Positions 21,477-33,070 of a stretch of DNA of 64,000 nucleotides are shown one piece after another. The stretch is from an uncultured Alphaproteobacteria bacterium (lineage in GTDB: Bacteria > Pseudomonadota > Alphaproteobacteria > Methylaequorales > Methylaequoraceae). The notes beneath the pieces were generated by a model, which was not told the origin of the DNA, did not search any database, and saw only the letters and a list, made by a program, of their open reading frames with translations. The stretch covers positions 160,555 to 224,554 of the forward strand of contig CACIYM010000001.1 of the NCBI GenBank assembly GCA_902590895.1. The letters run 5' to 3'. The position numbers and the translations under genes were made by a program. How positions within the stretch are numbered: the stretch's first letter is position 1; each line of letters opens with the position of its first letter.

Positions 21477-22795
21477 AAGTAACAATTGTTGGCACCGGTT
21501 ATGTTGGTCTTGTTTCTGGAACATGTTTTGCAGAGTTTGGAGTCAACGTCACATGTGTTGATAAAAATTTAAAAAAAATTAAAGATCTTAGAAATGGTAT
21601 TATCCCAATTTACGAACCTGGGTTAGACGAACTTGTAAAAAAAAATATTAACCAAAAAAGATTAAGTTTTGAGACTGATCTTAAAAAATCTTTAAAAAAT
21701 ACTAGCGCTGTTTTTATAGCAGTGGGAACACCCTCCAGAAAAAGTGATGGCTATGCTGATTTATCCTACGTCTTTGATGTGGCCAGAGAAATTGGAAAAA
21801 GTTTAAATGAGTACGCAGTCATTGTAAATAAGTCAACAGTTCCGGTTGGTACAGGAAAAAAGGTTCACGATATTATAAAAAAAATTAACCCAAAACTTAA
21901 CTTTGATGTGGCATCTAACCCTGAATTTCTGAGAGAGGGATCTGCTATTAATGATTTTATGAGGCCAGATAGAGTTGTCATTGGATGCAAATCTGAGAAA
22001 GCAAAAAATATTTTGAAAGAACTTTATAGACCACTTTATTTGTTGGAAACACCAATTATATTTACTCAAAGAGAAACAGCTGAGTTAATAAAATATGCAG
22101 CTAATTCTTTTTTAGCCACAAAAATAACATTTATTAATGAAATATCAGATTTGTGCGAAAAAGTAGGTGCAAATGTTAGTGATGTTTCTACTGGTATAGG
22201 TTTGGATGGAAGGATAGGTAAAAAGTTTCTTCATCCAGGTCCTGGATATGGTGGATCATGTTTTCCAAAAGATACTTTAGCAATCGTTAAGACTGCACAA
22301 GATTATAATGCGCCACTGGGATTGGTTGAGCATGTTGTGAAAAGTAATGATAGAAGAAAAAAAAATATGTTTAAAAGAGTTTTGAACATCGTTGGAAAAA
22401 ATAAAGACAAGAAAATAATTTCAATTCTTGGTTTAACTTTTAAACCTAACACAGATGATATGCGAGATAGCCCCAGCTTGGATATTATTCCTGCATTGAT
22501 AAAAAATAATTGCTTTTTGAGAGTTTTTGATCCAGAGGGAATGCAAGAAGCAAAAGTATATTTTAAAAAATTTTCAAAAAATATTGAATGGTGTAAAAAC
22601 TCATATGATGCAAGTGAAAATTCTGATGCATTGGTGATTTTAACTGAATGGAATCAATTTCGAGCATTAGATTTGAAAATGCTTAAGAAAAAACTTAAAA
22701 AACCAGTTATTATTGATCTGAGAAATATTTACAACCCAACTGAGTTAAGTAATATGGGTTTTGAGTATCATTCTTTAGGTAGAAGTTTTGAATAA
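21473..22795 (+). CDS. ugd: UDP-glucose 6-dehydrogenase
   Basis: GTGYVGL, NPEFLREG, GYGGSCFPKD, FKPNTDDMR. Confidence 0.96.
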   Translation: MKVTIVGTGYVGLVSGTCFAEFGVNVTCVDKNLKKIKDLRNGIIPIYEPGLDELVKKNINQKRLSFETDLKKSLKNTSAVFIAVGTPSRKSDGYADLSYVFDVAREIGKSLNEYAVIVNKSTVPVGTGKKVHDIIKKINPKLNFDVASNPEFLREGSAINDFMRPDRVVIGCKSEKAKNILKELYRPLYLLETPIIFTQRETAELIKYAANSFLATKITFINEISDLCEKVGANVSDVSTGIGLDGRIGKKFLHPGPGYGGSCFPKDTLAIVKTAQDYNAPLGLVEHVVKSNDRRKKNMFKRVLNIVGKNKDKKIISILGLTFKPNTDDMRDSPSLDIIPALIKNNCFLRVFDPEGMQEAKVYFKKFSKNIEWCKNSYDASENSDALVILTEWNQFRALDLKMLKKKLKKPVIIDLRNIYNPTELSNMGFEYHSLGRSFE

Positions 22796-24176
22796 AAAAG
22801 TTTCACATACTTTTAATGATAATATTGTAAGAGAATACGATATCCGTGGTGTTTATAATGAAACACTTTTTGATGAGGATGCAAAAATATTAGGTAATTT
22901 GTTTGGGTTAAAGGTTGGTAAAAATGGTGTGGTTAATGTTGCATATGATGGAAGAAATTCCTCATTAAAACTTAAAGAAAGTCTAATAGATGGTCTTATG
23001 GAAGTTGGGACCAATGTAAATGAAATTGGGCTTGGTCCAACTCCTATGCTCTACTATTCATGCGCTGAGATGAATGTAGGTGCAGGTATAATTGTTACTG
23101 GCTCTCATAACCCAAAAACTCACAATGGATTCAAGATTGTTTATAATCACTCACCTTTTTTTGGAGAAGATTTACAAATTCTTAAAAAAGAAGCAGAAAA
23201 TTTTGAATTTAAAACTTTTAAAGCCCAAAAAAGAAAAATTGATATTAAAGAAAAATATTTATCAAGATTAGTTAAAGATTTCGCACAAAAAAAAGAGATT
23301 AAAATAGTTTGGGATGCTGGAAATGGATCCGCTGGAGAATTAATGAAAAAACTATCAAATAAAATTGAAGGAGAAAAGATAATTTTGTATGACAAAATTG
23401 ACGGAAACTTTCCTAATCATCATCCAGACCCCTCTGAGTCAAAAAACCTTGAAGACTGTCAGAATTTTATACTTAAAAACAATTTAGATGTTGGACTAGC
23501 ATTTGATGGTGATGGGGATAGACTTGGTGTTGTAGATGATAGAGGTAGAGTTATTCCAGGAGATAAGGTTCTTCTTTTACTGGCAAAACAAATGCTAAAT
23601 AAAAAGAAAATCAAAGTAATTGCTGATGTTAAATGCAGCCAAGTTCTATTTGATCAAATTAAAAATTTAGGAGGAGAGATAATTATGTCCAAGACAGGTC
23701 ATAGTCATGTAAAAAATAATTTAAAAAAATTCGATGCACATTTGGCAGGTGAAATGAGTGGTCATATTTTCTTTTCAGAGGGTTATTATGGTTTTGATGA
23801 TGCACTTTATTCAGCTGTTAAAGTTTTAGAAATTTTAAATGAAAACGAAAAAAAACTATCTGAGTTGGTAGACGAAATACCAAATGCTTTTAACACACCT
23901 GAAATAAGAATAGAATGTGAAGATGAGTTTAAATTTAATGTCATAAAAATTGTCTCAGAAAATTTAAGAAAAGAGAACAAAAATGTTATTGATATTGATG
24001 GGGTTAGGGTTTCAGATGATGATGGATGGTGGCTTTTAAGAGCTTCAAACACACAACCAGCCTTGGTAGTAAGGTGCGAATCAGAGTCGAAAAGTGGCCT
24101 TGAAAAGCAAAAAAAAAATGTTTTAAATCAGCTTAATAGAATAGATTATAATTTTGATCAAAAAATATTTGGTTGA
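22788..24176 (+). CDS. Phosphomannomutase/phosphoglucomutase
   Basis: TGSHNP, FDGDGDR, GEMSGH, RASNTQP; TTG start. Confidence 0.95.
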   Translation: MNKKVSHTFNDNIVREYDIRGVYNETLFDEDAKILGNLFGLKVGKNGVVNVAYDGRNSSLKLKESLIDGLMEVGTNVNEIGLGPTPMLYYSCAEMNVGAGIIVTGSHNPKTHNGFKIVYNHSPFFGEDLQILKKEAENFEFKTFKAQKRKIDIKEKYLSRLVKDFAQKKEIKIVWDAGNGSAGELMKKLSNKIEGEKIILYDKIDGNFPNHHPDPSESKNLEDCQNFILKNNLDVGLAFDGDGDRLGVVDDRGRVIPGDKVLLLLAKQMLNKKKIKVIADVKCSQVLFDQIKNLGGEIIMSKTGHSHVKNNLKKFDAHLAGEMSGHIFFSEGYYGFDDALYSAVKVLEILNENEKKLSELVDEIPNAFNTPEIRIECEDEFKFNVIKIVSENLRKENKNVIDIDGVRVSDDDGWWLLRASNTQPALVVRCESESKSGLEKQKKNVLNQLNRIDYNFDQKIFG

Positions 24177-24221
24177 AAAGTTGATCCTAACTTTCTAATT
24201 TAATAATATTACTATTTAGCT

Positions 24222-24536
24222 ATGAATGATGAATTAAAAACTCCCTCATCCCAAACTTTAGTTATTTCTAAAGTTAAGAAAAAAAAACCAAAACTTTACA
24301 AAGTTATCCTATTAAATGATGATTACACACCCATGGAATATGTTGTGAAACTATTGAGAGAGGTTTTTAAAAAAACAGAAAACGACGCTATTAATATTAT
24401 GTTAATGGTTCATAAAAAAGGCTCTGGGGTTTGCGGTATATTTACGAAAGAAATTGCAGAGACCAAAGTTTTTACCGTCACAAATAGAGCAAAAAGTGAT
24501 CAACACCCTTTGAAATGTATAATGGAGCCTGAATAA
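24222..24536 (+). CDS. clpS: Clp protease adaptor ClpS
   Basis: YKVILLNDDYTPMEYVV, HPLKC. Confidence 0.96.
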   Translation: MNDELKTPSSQTLVISKVKKKKPKLYKVILLNDDYTPMEYVVKLLREVFKKTENDAINIMLMVHKKGSGVCGIFTKEIAETKVFTVTNRAKSDQHPLKCIMEPE

Positions 24537-26803
24537 TGATATCAGACGAACTTGAAAAAACTTTACAAAAAGCTCAAGAAAAAGCCAAATCCTTCAATCA
24601 TCAGTACATGACTTTAGAGCACCTACTACTCGCGATGACGGATGATAGAGATGTTGTCAGAATTTTAAACGCGCACAACATTAAAATCAGTTCTCTAAAA
24701 CAAGATCTTGAAATCTTTATAGAGACAAAACTTAAAGATTTGACTTCTAAAGATCTTAATAACGAGGCAAAACCTACACTGGGTTTTCAAAGAGTTATAC
24801 AAAGAGCTGTTATACACGTTCAGTCCTCTGGTAAAGAAGAAGCAAATGGATCAAACGTGTTGGTAGCAATATTTAGCGAAAGAGAATCTCATGCTGTTTA
24901 TTACTTGCAAAAACAAAATTTAAGTAGACTTGATGTGGTAGAATACCTGTCTCATGGCAATAATGAAAAAGAGACCGAAGATTTTGGTGACGTTAAAGAT
25001 AAATTGGATGAAGATGATAAATCAAAAAATAAAAAATTTCTAGATATCTACTGTACTAATTTGAATATAAAAGCAAGTCAGCTAAAAATTGATCCCGTTA
25101 TTGGTAGAGAAAAAGAAATTGAAAGAACAATCCATGTACTCTCTAGAAGAAATAAAAATAACCCTATTTTTGTTGGAGAACCAGGAGTTGGTAAAACCGC
25201 CTTAGCAGAGGGACTCGCATTAAAAGTTGTTAACAATGAGGTTCCACTAAATATGAGAAATGTAACAATTTATTCATTGGACCTAGGAGGATTATTAGCA
25301 GGTACACGTTTTAGAGGTGATTTTGAAGAAAGGTTGAAAAAATTAATAAATTATTTTCAAGAAAACGATAACAATATTTTATTCATAGATGAAATTCACA
25401 CTATTATAGGAGCAGGTGGTACAAGTTCAGGCTCTATAGATGCTTCAAATATTCTTAAACCAGCTTTGACTAGTGGTAACCTAAAATGTATTGGTTCAAC
25501 TACTTATAAGGAATATAGAAATTATTTTGAAAAAGATCGGGCACTATGTAGAAGGTTTCAAAAAATAGATGTAGATGAACCTACCGTAGAAGATTCTATA
25601 AAGATTTTAAATGGCTTAAAGAAATACTATGAGGATTTTCATCAAGTAAATTTTGAAGAAAATTGCTCAACTGAAGCTGTAAAACTCTCAAAAAAGTATT
25701 TGCTGAATATGAAACTTCCTGATAAAGCAATAGATATTATGGATGAGGCCGGAGCATCAATAAAAATTAATGAAAAAAGAAAAATAAAAAATGTGAGTGT
25801 CAAAGATATTCAACAGACGGTTTCTAAGATTGCAAATATTCCCGAAAGCTCAATTAGTGCAAATGAAAAAGTAAAACTAAAAAATTTAGAAAGAGATCTG
25901 AAAACTCTTATTTTTGGACAAGATGATGCGGTCAAAATTGTTTCATCTGCAATAAAAATGTCAAAAGCTGGTTTAAGAAACAAGGAAAAAACAATTGGTT
26001 CATTCCTATTTTCAGGTCCGACTGGAGTTGGGAAAACTGAGCTGGCAAAACAATTAGCAAATATAATGAAAATAAATTTTGTAAGATTTGATATGTCCGA
26101 GTATATGGAAAGACACAGTGTTTCTAAATTAATAGGTGCCCCACCAGGATATGTGGGTTATGACCAAGGAGGACTTCTAACAGATGCAATTGATAAAAAT
26201 CCTTTCTCAGTAGTCTTAATGGATGAAATTGAAAAGGCGCATCCTGATCTTTTTAATATCCTTTTACAGGTTATGGATTATGGAAGATTAACAGATCATT
26301 TGGGAAAAAATATTGACTTTACAAATGTAATATTAATTATGACTAGTAACATTGGTGCGAATGAAATAATAAAAGAAAAAGTTGGTTTTTTAGGTAATTT
26401 TTCTGAAATAGATAATAAAAGCGCAATTAATAAATTTTTTAGCCCAGAGTTTAGAAATCGGTTAGATGCGACTGTAAATTTTAGAATGTTAAGTAAAAAA
26501 AATTCCATGAAAGTGGTAGATAAATTTTTAATGGAATTAGAATCTTTGTTAATTGATAAAAATTTAAATTTAAATGTTAGTAAGTTAGCAAAGCAGAAAC
26601 TTTTTGAATTAGGTTTTGATTTTGTAAATGGGGCAAGACCGATGGCTAGAATAATTGAACAAAAAATAAAGATCCCGCTATCAGATTTTATTTTAAAATC
26701 TAAAGAAGTTACTGGTGAGATAAAAGTTTGTTTTAATAAGAAAAAAGATAATTTTGAAATTAATTTTGAATCAAAGAAAAAAGATATCACTCTTAGTTCT
26801 TAA
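24536..26803 (+). CDS. clpA: Clp protease ATP-binding subunit ClpA
   Basis: Two AAA+ modules ([16 protein letters not shown]); follows clpS. Confidence 0.96.
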   Translation: MISDELEKTLQKAQEKAKSFNHQYMTLEHLLLAMTDDRDVVRILNAHNIKISSLKQDLEIFIETKLKDLTSKDLNNEAKPTLGFQRVIQRAVIHVQSSGKEEANGSNVLVAIFSERESHAVYYLQKQNLSRLDVVEYLSHGNNEKETEDFGDVKDKLDEDDKSKNKKFLDIYCTNLNIKASQLKIDPVIGREKEIERTIHVLSRRNKNNPIFVGEPGVGKTALAEGLALKVVNNEVPLNMRNVTIYSLDLGGLLAGTRFRGDFEERLKKLINYFQENDNNILFIDEIHTIIGAGGTSSGSIDASNILKPALTSGNLKCIGSTTYKEYRNYFEKDRALCRRFQKIDVDEPTVEDSIKILNGLKKYYEDFHQVNFEENCSTEAVKLSKKYLLNMKLPDKAIDIMDEAGASIKINEKRKIKNVSVKDIQQTVSKIANIPESSISANEKVKLKNLERDLKTLIFGQDDAVKIVSSAIKMSKAGLRNKEKTIGSFLFSGPTGVGKTELAKQLANIMKINFVRFDMSEYMERHSVSKLIGAPPGYVGYDQGGLLTDAIDKNPFSVVLMDEIEKAHPDLFNILLQVMDYGRLTDHLGKNIDFTNVILIMTSNIGANEIIKEKVGFLGNFSEIDNKSAINKFFSPEFRNRLDATVNFRMLSKKNSMKVVDKFLMELESLLIDKNLNLNVSKLAKQKLFELGFDFVNGARPMARIIEQKIKIPLSDFILKSKEVTGEIKVCFNKKKDNFEINFESKKKDITLSS

Positions 26804-27914
26804 ATGGAGAAAATTTATTTAAAAATTCAATATTTTCTATTATTTTTTTTCCTTCATCCTCTAAATACCCCCTTATTGCTTGCTGAAGCTCGTCATTCTT
26901 AAACCAGTGATTGCTGTAAGTTAATTCAGGCAAGTAACCTCTTGCTATTTTATGTTCTCCTTGAGCCCCAGCTTCAACTTTATGAAGTTCATTTTTAATA
27001 GCAAATTCAATAGCTTGATAGTAGCAAAGTTCAAAGTGTAAATAAGGAATTTCATAAAGAGCACCCCAATATCTCCCGTAAAAGTTGTTTTTACTTCTGA
27101 AGTGTAATGAACAGCCTAGAAATCTTGACTTATCATATGCTTGAATTAATACCATTTTTTTTTTGTAATCAGATTTTAAAAGCTCATTAAAAAATTGAAT
27201 ATTTAAGTAATGAACTGACCATTTCTTTTTTATTGTATTGCTGTAACATTGATAAAAATAATTGATATCATCAGTTGTTATGTCATTTGATTCCTTTATA
27301 TGAAATTGGATTTTTTGTTTTTTTAAGAAATCTCTTTCTTTAATAATATTTTTTCTTTTTTTTCTTTTTAAAGAGGATAAAAAACAATCAAAAGTCTTAT
27401 ATGAATTATTATACCAATAATACTGAATTCCTAGTCTTTGTAAAAATCCATTTTCTTTAAGCCTATTTGAAATACTTTTTTCAATAAAGTTAATGTGAAA
27501 AGATGGAATTTTTTTTTGGAGAAGAAATTCTACGATTAATTTAGACAAAGTATTTAGTTCAATTTTTGTGTCACTATAAAAAAAATTTTTTCTTTTTACA
27601 GGAGTAAAAGGAGTTGCTGAGAGATATTTTGGAAAATATTGTAAGCCAAGCTGATTATATGCGTTTACAAAAATATGGTCAAAAACGTATTCACCATTTG
27701 AATTAAATTTTTTATAATTTGGTATAACACCGGCTAATTTATTTTGTTTTTTTATTACTATATGCTCGGGAACCCAACCAGTTTCAAGACTAGTGCATTT
27801 TGAAGTTTCTAGTTTTTTATAAAACTCATAATCAATAAAAGGGGAATAATCATTTAAATTTTTTTTGCAAAAATTTTTGATTTCTTCAATTGATGAGACA
27901 GTACTAAGATTCAC
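26793..27914 (-). CDS. GNAT/FemAB-like family protein (DUF482 type)
   Basis: GEYVFD, YGRYWG, LHFELCYYQAIEFAI, EAGAQGEHKIARGY. Confidence 0.9.
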   Translation of the reverse strand: MNLSTVSSIEEIKNFCKKNLNDYSPFIDYEFYKKLETSKCTSLETGWVPEHIVIKKQNKLAGVIPNYKKFNSNGEYVFDHIFVNAYNQLGLQYFPKYLSATPFTPVKRKNFFYSDTKIELNTLSKLIVEFLLQKKIPSFHINFIEKSISNRLKENGFLQRLGIQYYWYNNSYKTFDCFLSSLKRKKRKNIIKERDFLKKQKIQFHIKESNDITTDDINYFYQCYSNTIKKKWSVHYLNIQFFNELLKSDYKKKMVLIQAYDKSRFLGCSLHFRSKNNFYGRYWGALYEIPYLHFELCYYQAIEFAIKNELHKVEAGAQGEHKIARGYLPELTYSNHWFKNDELQQAIRGYLEDEGKKIIENIEFLNKFSPFKN

Positions 27915-28393
27915 TAGTTTTTCAAAGAAAATATACCATCAATTTCAATAGGTGAATTTTTTGGTAATGAATTGACACCAATTACACTTCTTGAGTGACT
28001 TCCACTTTCTTGTCCTAAAATCCTTACTAAAATATCTGAAGCTGTATCAAAAAGAATAGAGTGTTCCTCAAAATTTTTGATACAGTTTAAATATCCCTTT
28101 AGATTTATACATTTTGTTTTTTTTACATTTTTGTATTCATCCATTGCATCACTTAAGACCCAAAGTAAATTATATGTAGCCATTTGTATTGAATTTTTTG
28201 TATCTTCAACACTTATGCTTTCACCTACTTTTCCAGAGAATAAGAGTACTTGTTCTTTAATTGGTAGTTGGCCTGAAATAAAAACAAGATTTTGATCAAT
28301 AACATAGGGTTTGTAGTTTGCTAAACTATTTTGCTTTGAGCTCTTTTTAATATTAAGCGAAATTAGCTTTTTAGATAAGAAATTATTCATCAA
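27914..28393 (-). CDS. RidA-family (YjgF-like) protein
   Basis: [25 protein letters not shown]. Confidence 0.88.
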   Translation of the reverse strand: MMNNFLSKKLISLNIKKSSKQNSLANYKPYVIDQNLVFISGQLPIKEQVLLFSGKVGESISVEDTKNSIQMATYNLLWVLSDAMDEYKNVKKTKCINLKGYLNCIKNFEEHSILFDTASDILVRILGQESGSHSRSVIGVNSLPKNSPIEIDGIFSLKN

Positions 28394-29213
28394 ATTTATG
28401 AAAACATGTTAAGCATTTTATCTGATTTTCTTCTTTATAAATAGTGAAATTTCCACACTTTTCGCATGGGTCTCCTTCAAACTTTTTAATATTTTTTATT
28501 TTTTCAGTATCATTGTGATTATTTTTATTGGAAATTAAAGTAAGATTACCGTCAAAATTTTTTTTTCTTACATATCCTTTACTAGTAAAGTTTTTAAGCA
28601 CATTTTCTGCGTGCTCTTTTTTATAGTTAAGCTCATCTTGCTGCGGTATAAGCTCTGTTATTTGATTTGTAGTTTGATTACTTAAATCCTCTCTTCCAAG
28701 ATAAGATATTGCTAATTCTTTAAAAATATAATCTAAAATAGATGTGGTAAATTTTATTTCTGTATTACCCTTGACTTCTCCACTTGGTTCAAATTTTGTG
28801 AATGTAAATGCTTCAACAAATTCCTCCAGAGGAACTCCGTATTGAAGTCCAATTGATACTGAAATTGCAAAGTTATTCATAAGGCTTCTGAAAGCTGCAC
28901 CCTCTTTATGCATATCAACAAAAATTTCACCAATGCTTCCATCCATATATTCGCCGGTTCTTAAGTAAACTTTATGATTATTAATTGAAGCTTTCTGAGT
29001 GTATCCTTTTCTTCTGTCAGGAAGTTTGTTTCTTTTTCTAGTTTGATTTTTTTTAAAATTATTATCGTGAAAACTATCATTAAATTCTTTTAAAAATTTC
29101 TCAACAAAAAGTTCATAAACATCATCGTTTATATTTTGAAAATCTTTGGAGTTTTTTTTTTGTTTTTTTAAGAAAGAGGTTACAAACTTTTTTATTTCTT
29201 TGAAATTGTTCAT
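28383..29213 (-). CDS. Stand-alone C-terminal (TSCPD + Zn-ribbon) domain of class II B12-dependent ribonucleotide reductase (NrdJb-like)
   Basis: [69 protein letters not shown]; CxxC...CxxC tail; no catalytic barrel. Confidence 0.88.
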   Translation of the reverse strand: MNNFKEIKKFVTSFLKKQKKNSKDFQNINDDVYELFVEKFLKEFNDSFHDNNFKKNQTRKRNKLPDRRKGYTQKASINNHKVYLRTGEYMDGSIGEIFVDMHKEGAAFRSLMNNFAISVSIGLQYGVPLEEFVEAFTFTKFEPSGEVKGNTEIKFTTSILDYIFKELAISYLGREDLSNQTTNQITELIPQQDELNYKKEHAENVLKNFTSKGYVRKKNFDGNLTLISNKNNHNDTEKIKNIKKFEGDPCEKCGNFTIYKEENQIKCLTCFHKFDE

Positions 29214-29246
29214 AATTGATATAATAATAACTATATATTTAGTATA

Positions 29247-29609
29247 ATGAAATTATCTTACAATTCTATTTTTTTTAAATTTTATTGCTTATTCTTTGCT
29301 AAGAATGTGGGGAAAGATGAGTATGGAAATATTTATTACACAAAAAAGAATCTTAGTCGGAAAAACAACTACAGAGAGAGAAGATTTGTTTTATATAAAG
29401 GGATAGTTGAAGCTAGTAAAGTTCCTCAAGAATGGAATGCTTGGTTACATCACGCGACAGAAACACCACCATCCAATCAAAATAAACTTAGTTGGTTTAA
29501 AGATCATAGTCCAAACTTAACAGGAAGTCCTTTTGCTTATGAATATAAAGATAAAAAAAAAACCAAAAAAGTTAAAAATATCTATTCTGTATGGTCTCCT
29601 GATGAATAA
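29247..29609 (+). CDS. NADH:ubiquinone oxidoreductase subunit NDUFA12 family
   Basis: [32 protein letters not shown]. Confidence 0.93.
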   Translation: MKLSYNSIFFKFYCLFFAKNVGKDEYGNIYYTKKNLSRKNNYRERRFVLYKGIVEASKVPQEWNAWLHHATETPPSNQNKLSWFKDHSPNLTGSPFAYEYKDKKKTKKVKNIYSVWSPDE

Positions 29610-30039
29610 AAGATTTGTTACTTTTTTTTTAGGAGTTTTCACTGTTGTATTTTTGATTGAGCTAATGTTTGTTAAGCGTAACACTAATGGCGATAATTTT
29701 TATGACTTATATGCTTCTTTTAATAAAATTGATGGTGTAAATCCTGGTGACAAAATAATGGTTTCTGGAATCAATGTTGGTTATGTTGAGGAGGTTGCAC
29801 TAAAAAAAAACTATCCTATAATAAAAATGAAAATTGCAAAAAACCTCGACATCTCAGACGATTCCTCAGTTTCTATTCAAACTGACGGACTATTTGGATC
29901 AAAATTCCTAATGATTGAAATGGGAGGTACTAATAATTTCATGAAAAATGGAGACTATTTTTCCTTTACAGAGGATTCGATTTTAATTCAGGATTTGCTT
30001 GAAAATATTATAAAAATTGGAGAAAAGAATAAAATATGA
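29602..30039 (+). CDS. mlaD: MlaD/MCE-family protein
   Basis: FNKIDGV..G..I.VSGI.VG.V, TDGLFGSKF; start at ATG 29602. Confidence 0.88.
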   Translation: MNKRFVTFFLGVFTVVFLIELMFVKRNTNGDNFYDLYASFNKIDGVNPGDKIMVSGINVGYVEEVALKKNYPIIKMKIAKNLDISDDSSVSIQTDGLFGSKFLMIEMGGTNNFMKNGDYFSFTEDSILIQDLLENIIKIGEKNKI

Positions 30040-30479
30040 AAAAAAATTATTTTGAATCAATCTTAGGTTTTTTTACACTATTAGTATCTTTGATATTTCT
30101 TTTCAAGTTTGTCAACGTTAACACAGACAATAATGAAACATATCAATTAAAAGCTAAGTTTCTAAAGGCCGGAGGAATATCTTCAGGTAACGACGTTAAA
30201 ATGAGAGGAGTAAAGATTGGTGTTGTAAGCAACGTCTATCTAGATAATGATTATTTCGCAGTTGTTGATTTTCAGGTTTATAAGCAAATTCTTGTTCCAA
30301 AAGAAAGTACTGTCAAAATTGCAAGTGATGGAATTTTAGGAAATAAATATTTGTCAGTTACACCAACTGGAAGCAACCTAGACGAGATTCTCTCAGATAA
30401 TCAGGAAATTGAAGAAGTAGAGGATTTTGAATCAATAGAGGATCAAGTTAGTAAAATCATTTTTTTAGCTACACAGTAA
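30036..30479 (+). CDS. mlaD: MlaD/MCE-family protein (tandem second copy)
   Basis: GGISSGNDVKMRGVKIG.V, SDGILGNKY. Confidence 0.88.
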   Translation: MKKNYFESILGFFTLLVSLIFLFKFVNVNTDNNETYQLKAKFLKAGGISSGNDVKMRGVKIGVVSNVYLDNDYFAVVDFQVYKQILVPKESTVKIASDGILGNKYLSVTPTGSNLDEILSDNQEIEEVEDFESIEDQVSKIIFLATQ

Positions 30480-30488
30480 TTTATATTA

Positions 30489-30710
30489 ATGTCTAAAAAT
30501 AAAAATCAGATATTGTGGTATGCAAAAGACAATAAAATTATTTCTTGTGACGAAACAAACAAAGTTTTAAATGAAAATTATGAAGAGTTAAAAACTTTAA
30601 TGCAAAACATTTATGACGACGCAATTTTAATTGGCTGCGACGAAGAAGATTTCAAAAAAAAAATAAAAATTTTAGTTAATGATCTGCACTTTTCATTAGG
30701 AAAAAAGTAA
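30489..30710 (+). CDS. Small hypothetical protein
   Basis: ISCDETNKVLNENYEEL..DDAILIGCDE resembles a conserved alphaproteobacterial small protein; in operon. Confidence 0.75.
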   Translation: MSKNKNQILWYAKDNKIISCDETNKVLNENYEELKTLMQNIYDDAILIGCDEEDFKKKIKILVNDLHFSLGKK

Positions 30711-31103
30711 TTGTTTTTCAAAAATAAATATAAACTCATATTTTTGGTTTTTTTTTTAGCTTTTGAATTAAATTCTAAAGAAATTGAATGTCAAGGAGCT
30801 AAAGTTAGAATAATTAACAAAATCACTACAGAAAAAAACTTTTTTGTTATGCCTTTATCACAGACATTAGAATTAGATAATTCCAAAATTATAATTCATA
30901 GATGTTTAAAGTTAGAAATAAATGGAAAGGAAGATGAAATTGCGATTTTAAATCACATACCAAACTCACCAAGGAGTAACGAGGAATTTCTTGGATGGAT
31001 CTTCAAATCATCACAATATTTAAATTTGCCAGTTAATGCGATGTATGACATAAGATTGGAAGAATGTTTAATTGAAGATCCCATCTTCTTAAAAAAAGAA
31101 TAA
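30711..31103 (+). CDS. DUF2155-family exported protein
   Basis: Signal peptide; INKIT, FLGWIF.SS, YDI.L..C; usual position next to mlaD and aat. Confidence 0.8.
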   Translation: MFFKNKYKLIFLVFFLAFELNSKEIECQGAKVRIINKITTEKNFFVMPLSQTLELDNSKIIIHRCLKLEINGKEDEIAILNHIPNSPRSNEEFLGWIFKSSQYLNLPVNAMYDIRLEECLIEDPIFLKKE

Positions 31104-31104
31104 C

Positions 31105-31728
31105 CTACTTAAAATAATTAAGGATATCATTTGAAATATTTTCTGGAAAATATTTGACTGCTTTGTTGTTATTATATAGCAGTTCTTTGAAATCATTTCT
31201 TATTATTTTTTTTGTACCAAATTGCTTTAGATGTTCTGAATAAAACTGAGTATCAATAAATTTAAACCCACCCTCTTTCAGATGTGCTGCAAGATAAACA
31301 AGGGATATTTTACTTGCATCCTTTTCAATACTAAACATACTTTCACCACAAAAAATACTCCCAATTATTATTCCATAGAGTCCTCCAGCTAACTTATCTT
31401 TGTAATAACATTCAACTGATTTTGCTTTCCCAATTTGAAATAATTTTGTGTAGTTGGAGATAATTTGTTTATTTATCCATGTTTTTTCTCTGTTTGTATT
31501 TTTTGCACAAAGATTAATAACTTTGTCGAAATTTTTATTTATTTTGATTATATAATTTTTTTTTTTTAAAGTTTTCCTCAAACTCTTTGATATTTTAAAT
31601 TCATCTAGATTGATTATTCCTCTGATTTGTGGATCAACCCAATAAATAAAAGGATCTTCAAAGGAATCTGACATTGGAAAAATACCCCTCGTATAAGCTT
31701 TTAAGATAATTTCGGGAGATAAAAACAT
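31105..31728 (-). CDS. aat: Leucyl/phenylalanyl-tRNA--protein transferase
   Basis: AYTRGIFPM, GGLYG, FCGESMFS, DASK, DTQF...HL. Confidence 0.95.
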   Translation of the reverse strand: MFLSPEIILKAYTRGIFPMSDSFEDPFIYWVDPQIRGIINLDEFKISKSLRKTLKKKNYIIKINKNFDKVINLCAKNTNREKTWINKQIISNYTKLFQIGKAKSVECYYKDKLAGGLYGIIIGSIFCGESMFSIEKDASKISLVYLAAHLKEGGFKFIDTQFYSEHLKQFGTKKIIRNDFKELLYNNNKAVKYFPENISNDILNYFK

Positions 31729-31735
31729 TGAAGAC

Positions 31736-33070
31736 TTAATCTATAATTTCATCAATCCAGTTTATGTGAAAGTTTCCTTTGATAAACTGATTATTATTTA
31801 AAATTTTTTTCAATACGGGAATATTAGTTTGAACTCCCTCAATAACGTACTCATTAAGTGCTCTCTTTAGACGCATTATGCATTCCATTCTGTCATTACC
31901 AGTTGATACAATTTTTGAGATAAGCCCATCATAAAATGAACTAATATTACACCCAGTGTATAAGGATGAGTCAATTCTTATACCAGGGCCACTAGGTGGA
32001 TGATATGTTCTTACAATACCGGTGGAGGGTAATAACGTTATAGGGTTTTCAGCATTAATTCTAAATTCAATTGAGTGCCCATTTTTTTTTACTTCATTTT
32101 GTTTAACAGAAATTTTTTTTCCACTGGATGTTTTGATTTGTTCTTTAACAATATCAATGTTATAAACTTGTTCAGTTATTGTATGTTCAACCTGAAGCCT
32201 TGTGTTCATTTCAATAAAATAGAATCTGCCATCTTTGTAAAGATATTCCACTGTTCCTAAATTAAAATATTTTATTTTTTTCATCGCTTCTAAAGTTAGT
32301 TCACAAATCTTTTCTCTCTCTTCTTCATTTATTACTGGACTCGGACATTCCTCAACAATTTTTTGATTTCTTCTTTGAATAGAACACTCTCTCTCCCCTA
32401 AATGTATTATGTTTCCAAATTTATCTCCTATGATTTGTATTTCTATATGTCTTGGATTTTGAATATATTTTTCTATATATACTTCATTATTTCCGAAACT
32501 TTGCTCAGCTTCTTTTCTTGCTAGCTCTAGATTTTTTTTAAGTTCATTCTCGTTTTTGACAATTTTTATGCCTCTACCTCCTCCTCCATTGGTAGATTTT
32601 ATTATTATTGGATAACCAATTTTTTCAGATATTTTTTTTGCATCTTTCAAAGTTTCTATATTTTTAGTACTTCCAGGAATAATCGGTAATCCAATTTTTT
32701 CTGCTAGGGCTTTTGCTTTTATTTTATTAGCCATATTTTCTATATGATCTATATTTGGACCAATGAATGTAAACCCATGATCATTAACTATTTTTGCAAA
32801 ATTGAAGTTTTCTGAAAGCATTCCAATTCCTGGATGTATTGCATCGGCATTTGCAATAGTTGCTGCTGAAATAATAGCAGGAATATTAAGGTAAGAATTT
32901 TTTACTTGAGGTGGTCCAATACATACACTTTCATCTGCCAACCTCACAAACATTTCTTTCTCATCAGCTGTTGAATGTACTACGACAGTCTTAAGATTAA
33001 GTTCTTTACATGCCCTTAATATTCTTAGAGCGATCTCTCCTCTGTTGGCAACTAAAATTTTTTTTAGCAT
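31736..33070 (-). CDS. accC: Acetyl-CoA carboxylase biotin carboxylase
   Basis: ANRGEIA, ERECSIQRR, EMNTRLQVEH, RINAE. Confidence 0.96.
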   Translation of the reverse strand: MLKKILVANRGEIALRILRACKELNLKTVVVHSTADEKEMFVRLADESVCIGPPQVKNSYLNIPAIISAATIANADAIHPGIGMLSENFNFAKIVNDHGFTFIGPNIDHIENMANKIKAKALAEKIGLPIIPGSTKNIETLKDAKKISEKIGYPIIIKSTNGGGGRGIKIVKNENELKKNLELARKEAEQSFGNNEVYIEKYIQNPRHIEIQIIGDKFGNIIHLGERECSIQRRNQKIVEECPSPVINEEEREKICELTLEAMKKIKYFNLGTVEYLYKDGRFYFIEMNTRLQVEHTITEQVYNIDIVKEQIKTSSGKKISVKQNEVKKNGHSIEFRINAENPITLLPSTGIVRTYHPPSGPGIRIDSSLYTGCNISSFYDGLISKIVSTGNDRMECIMRLKRALNEYVIEGVQTNIPVLKKILNNNQFIKGNFHINWIDEIID

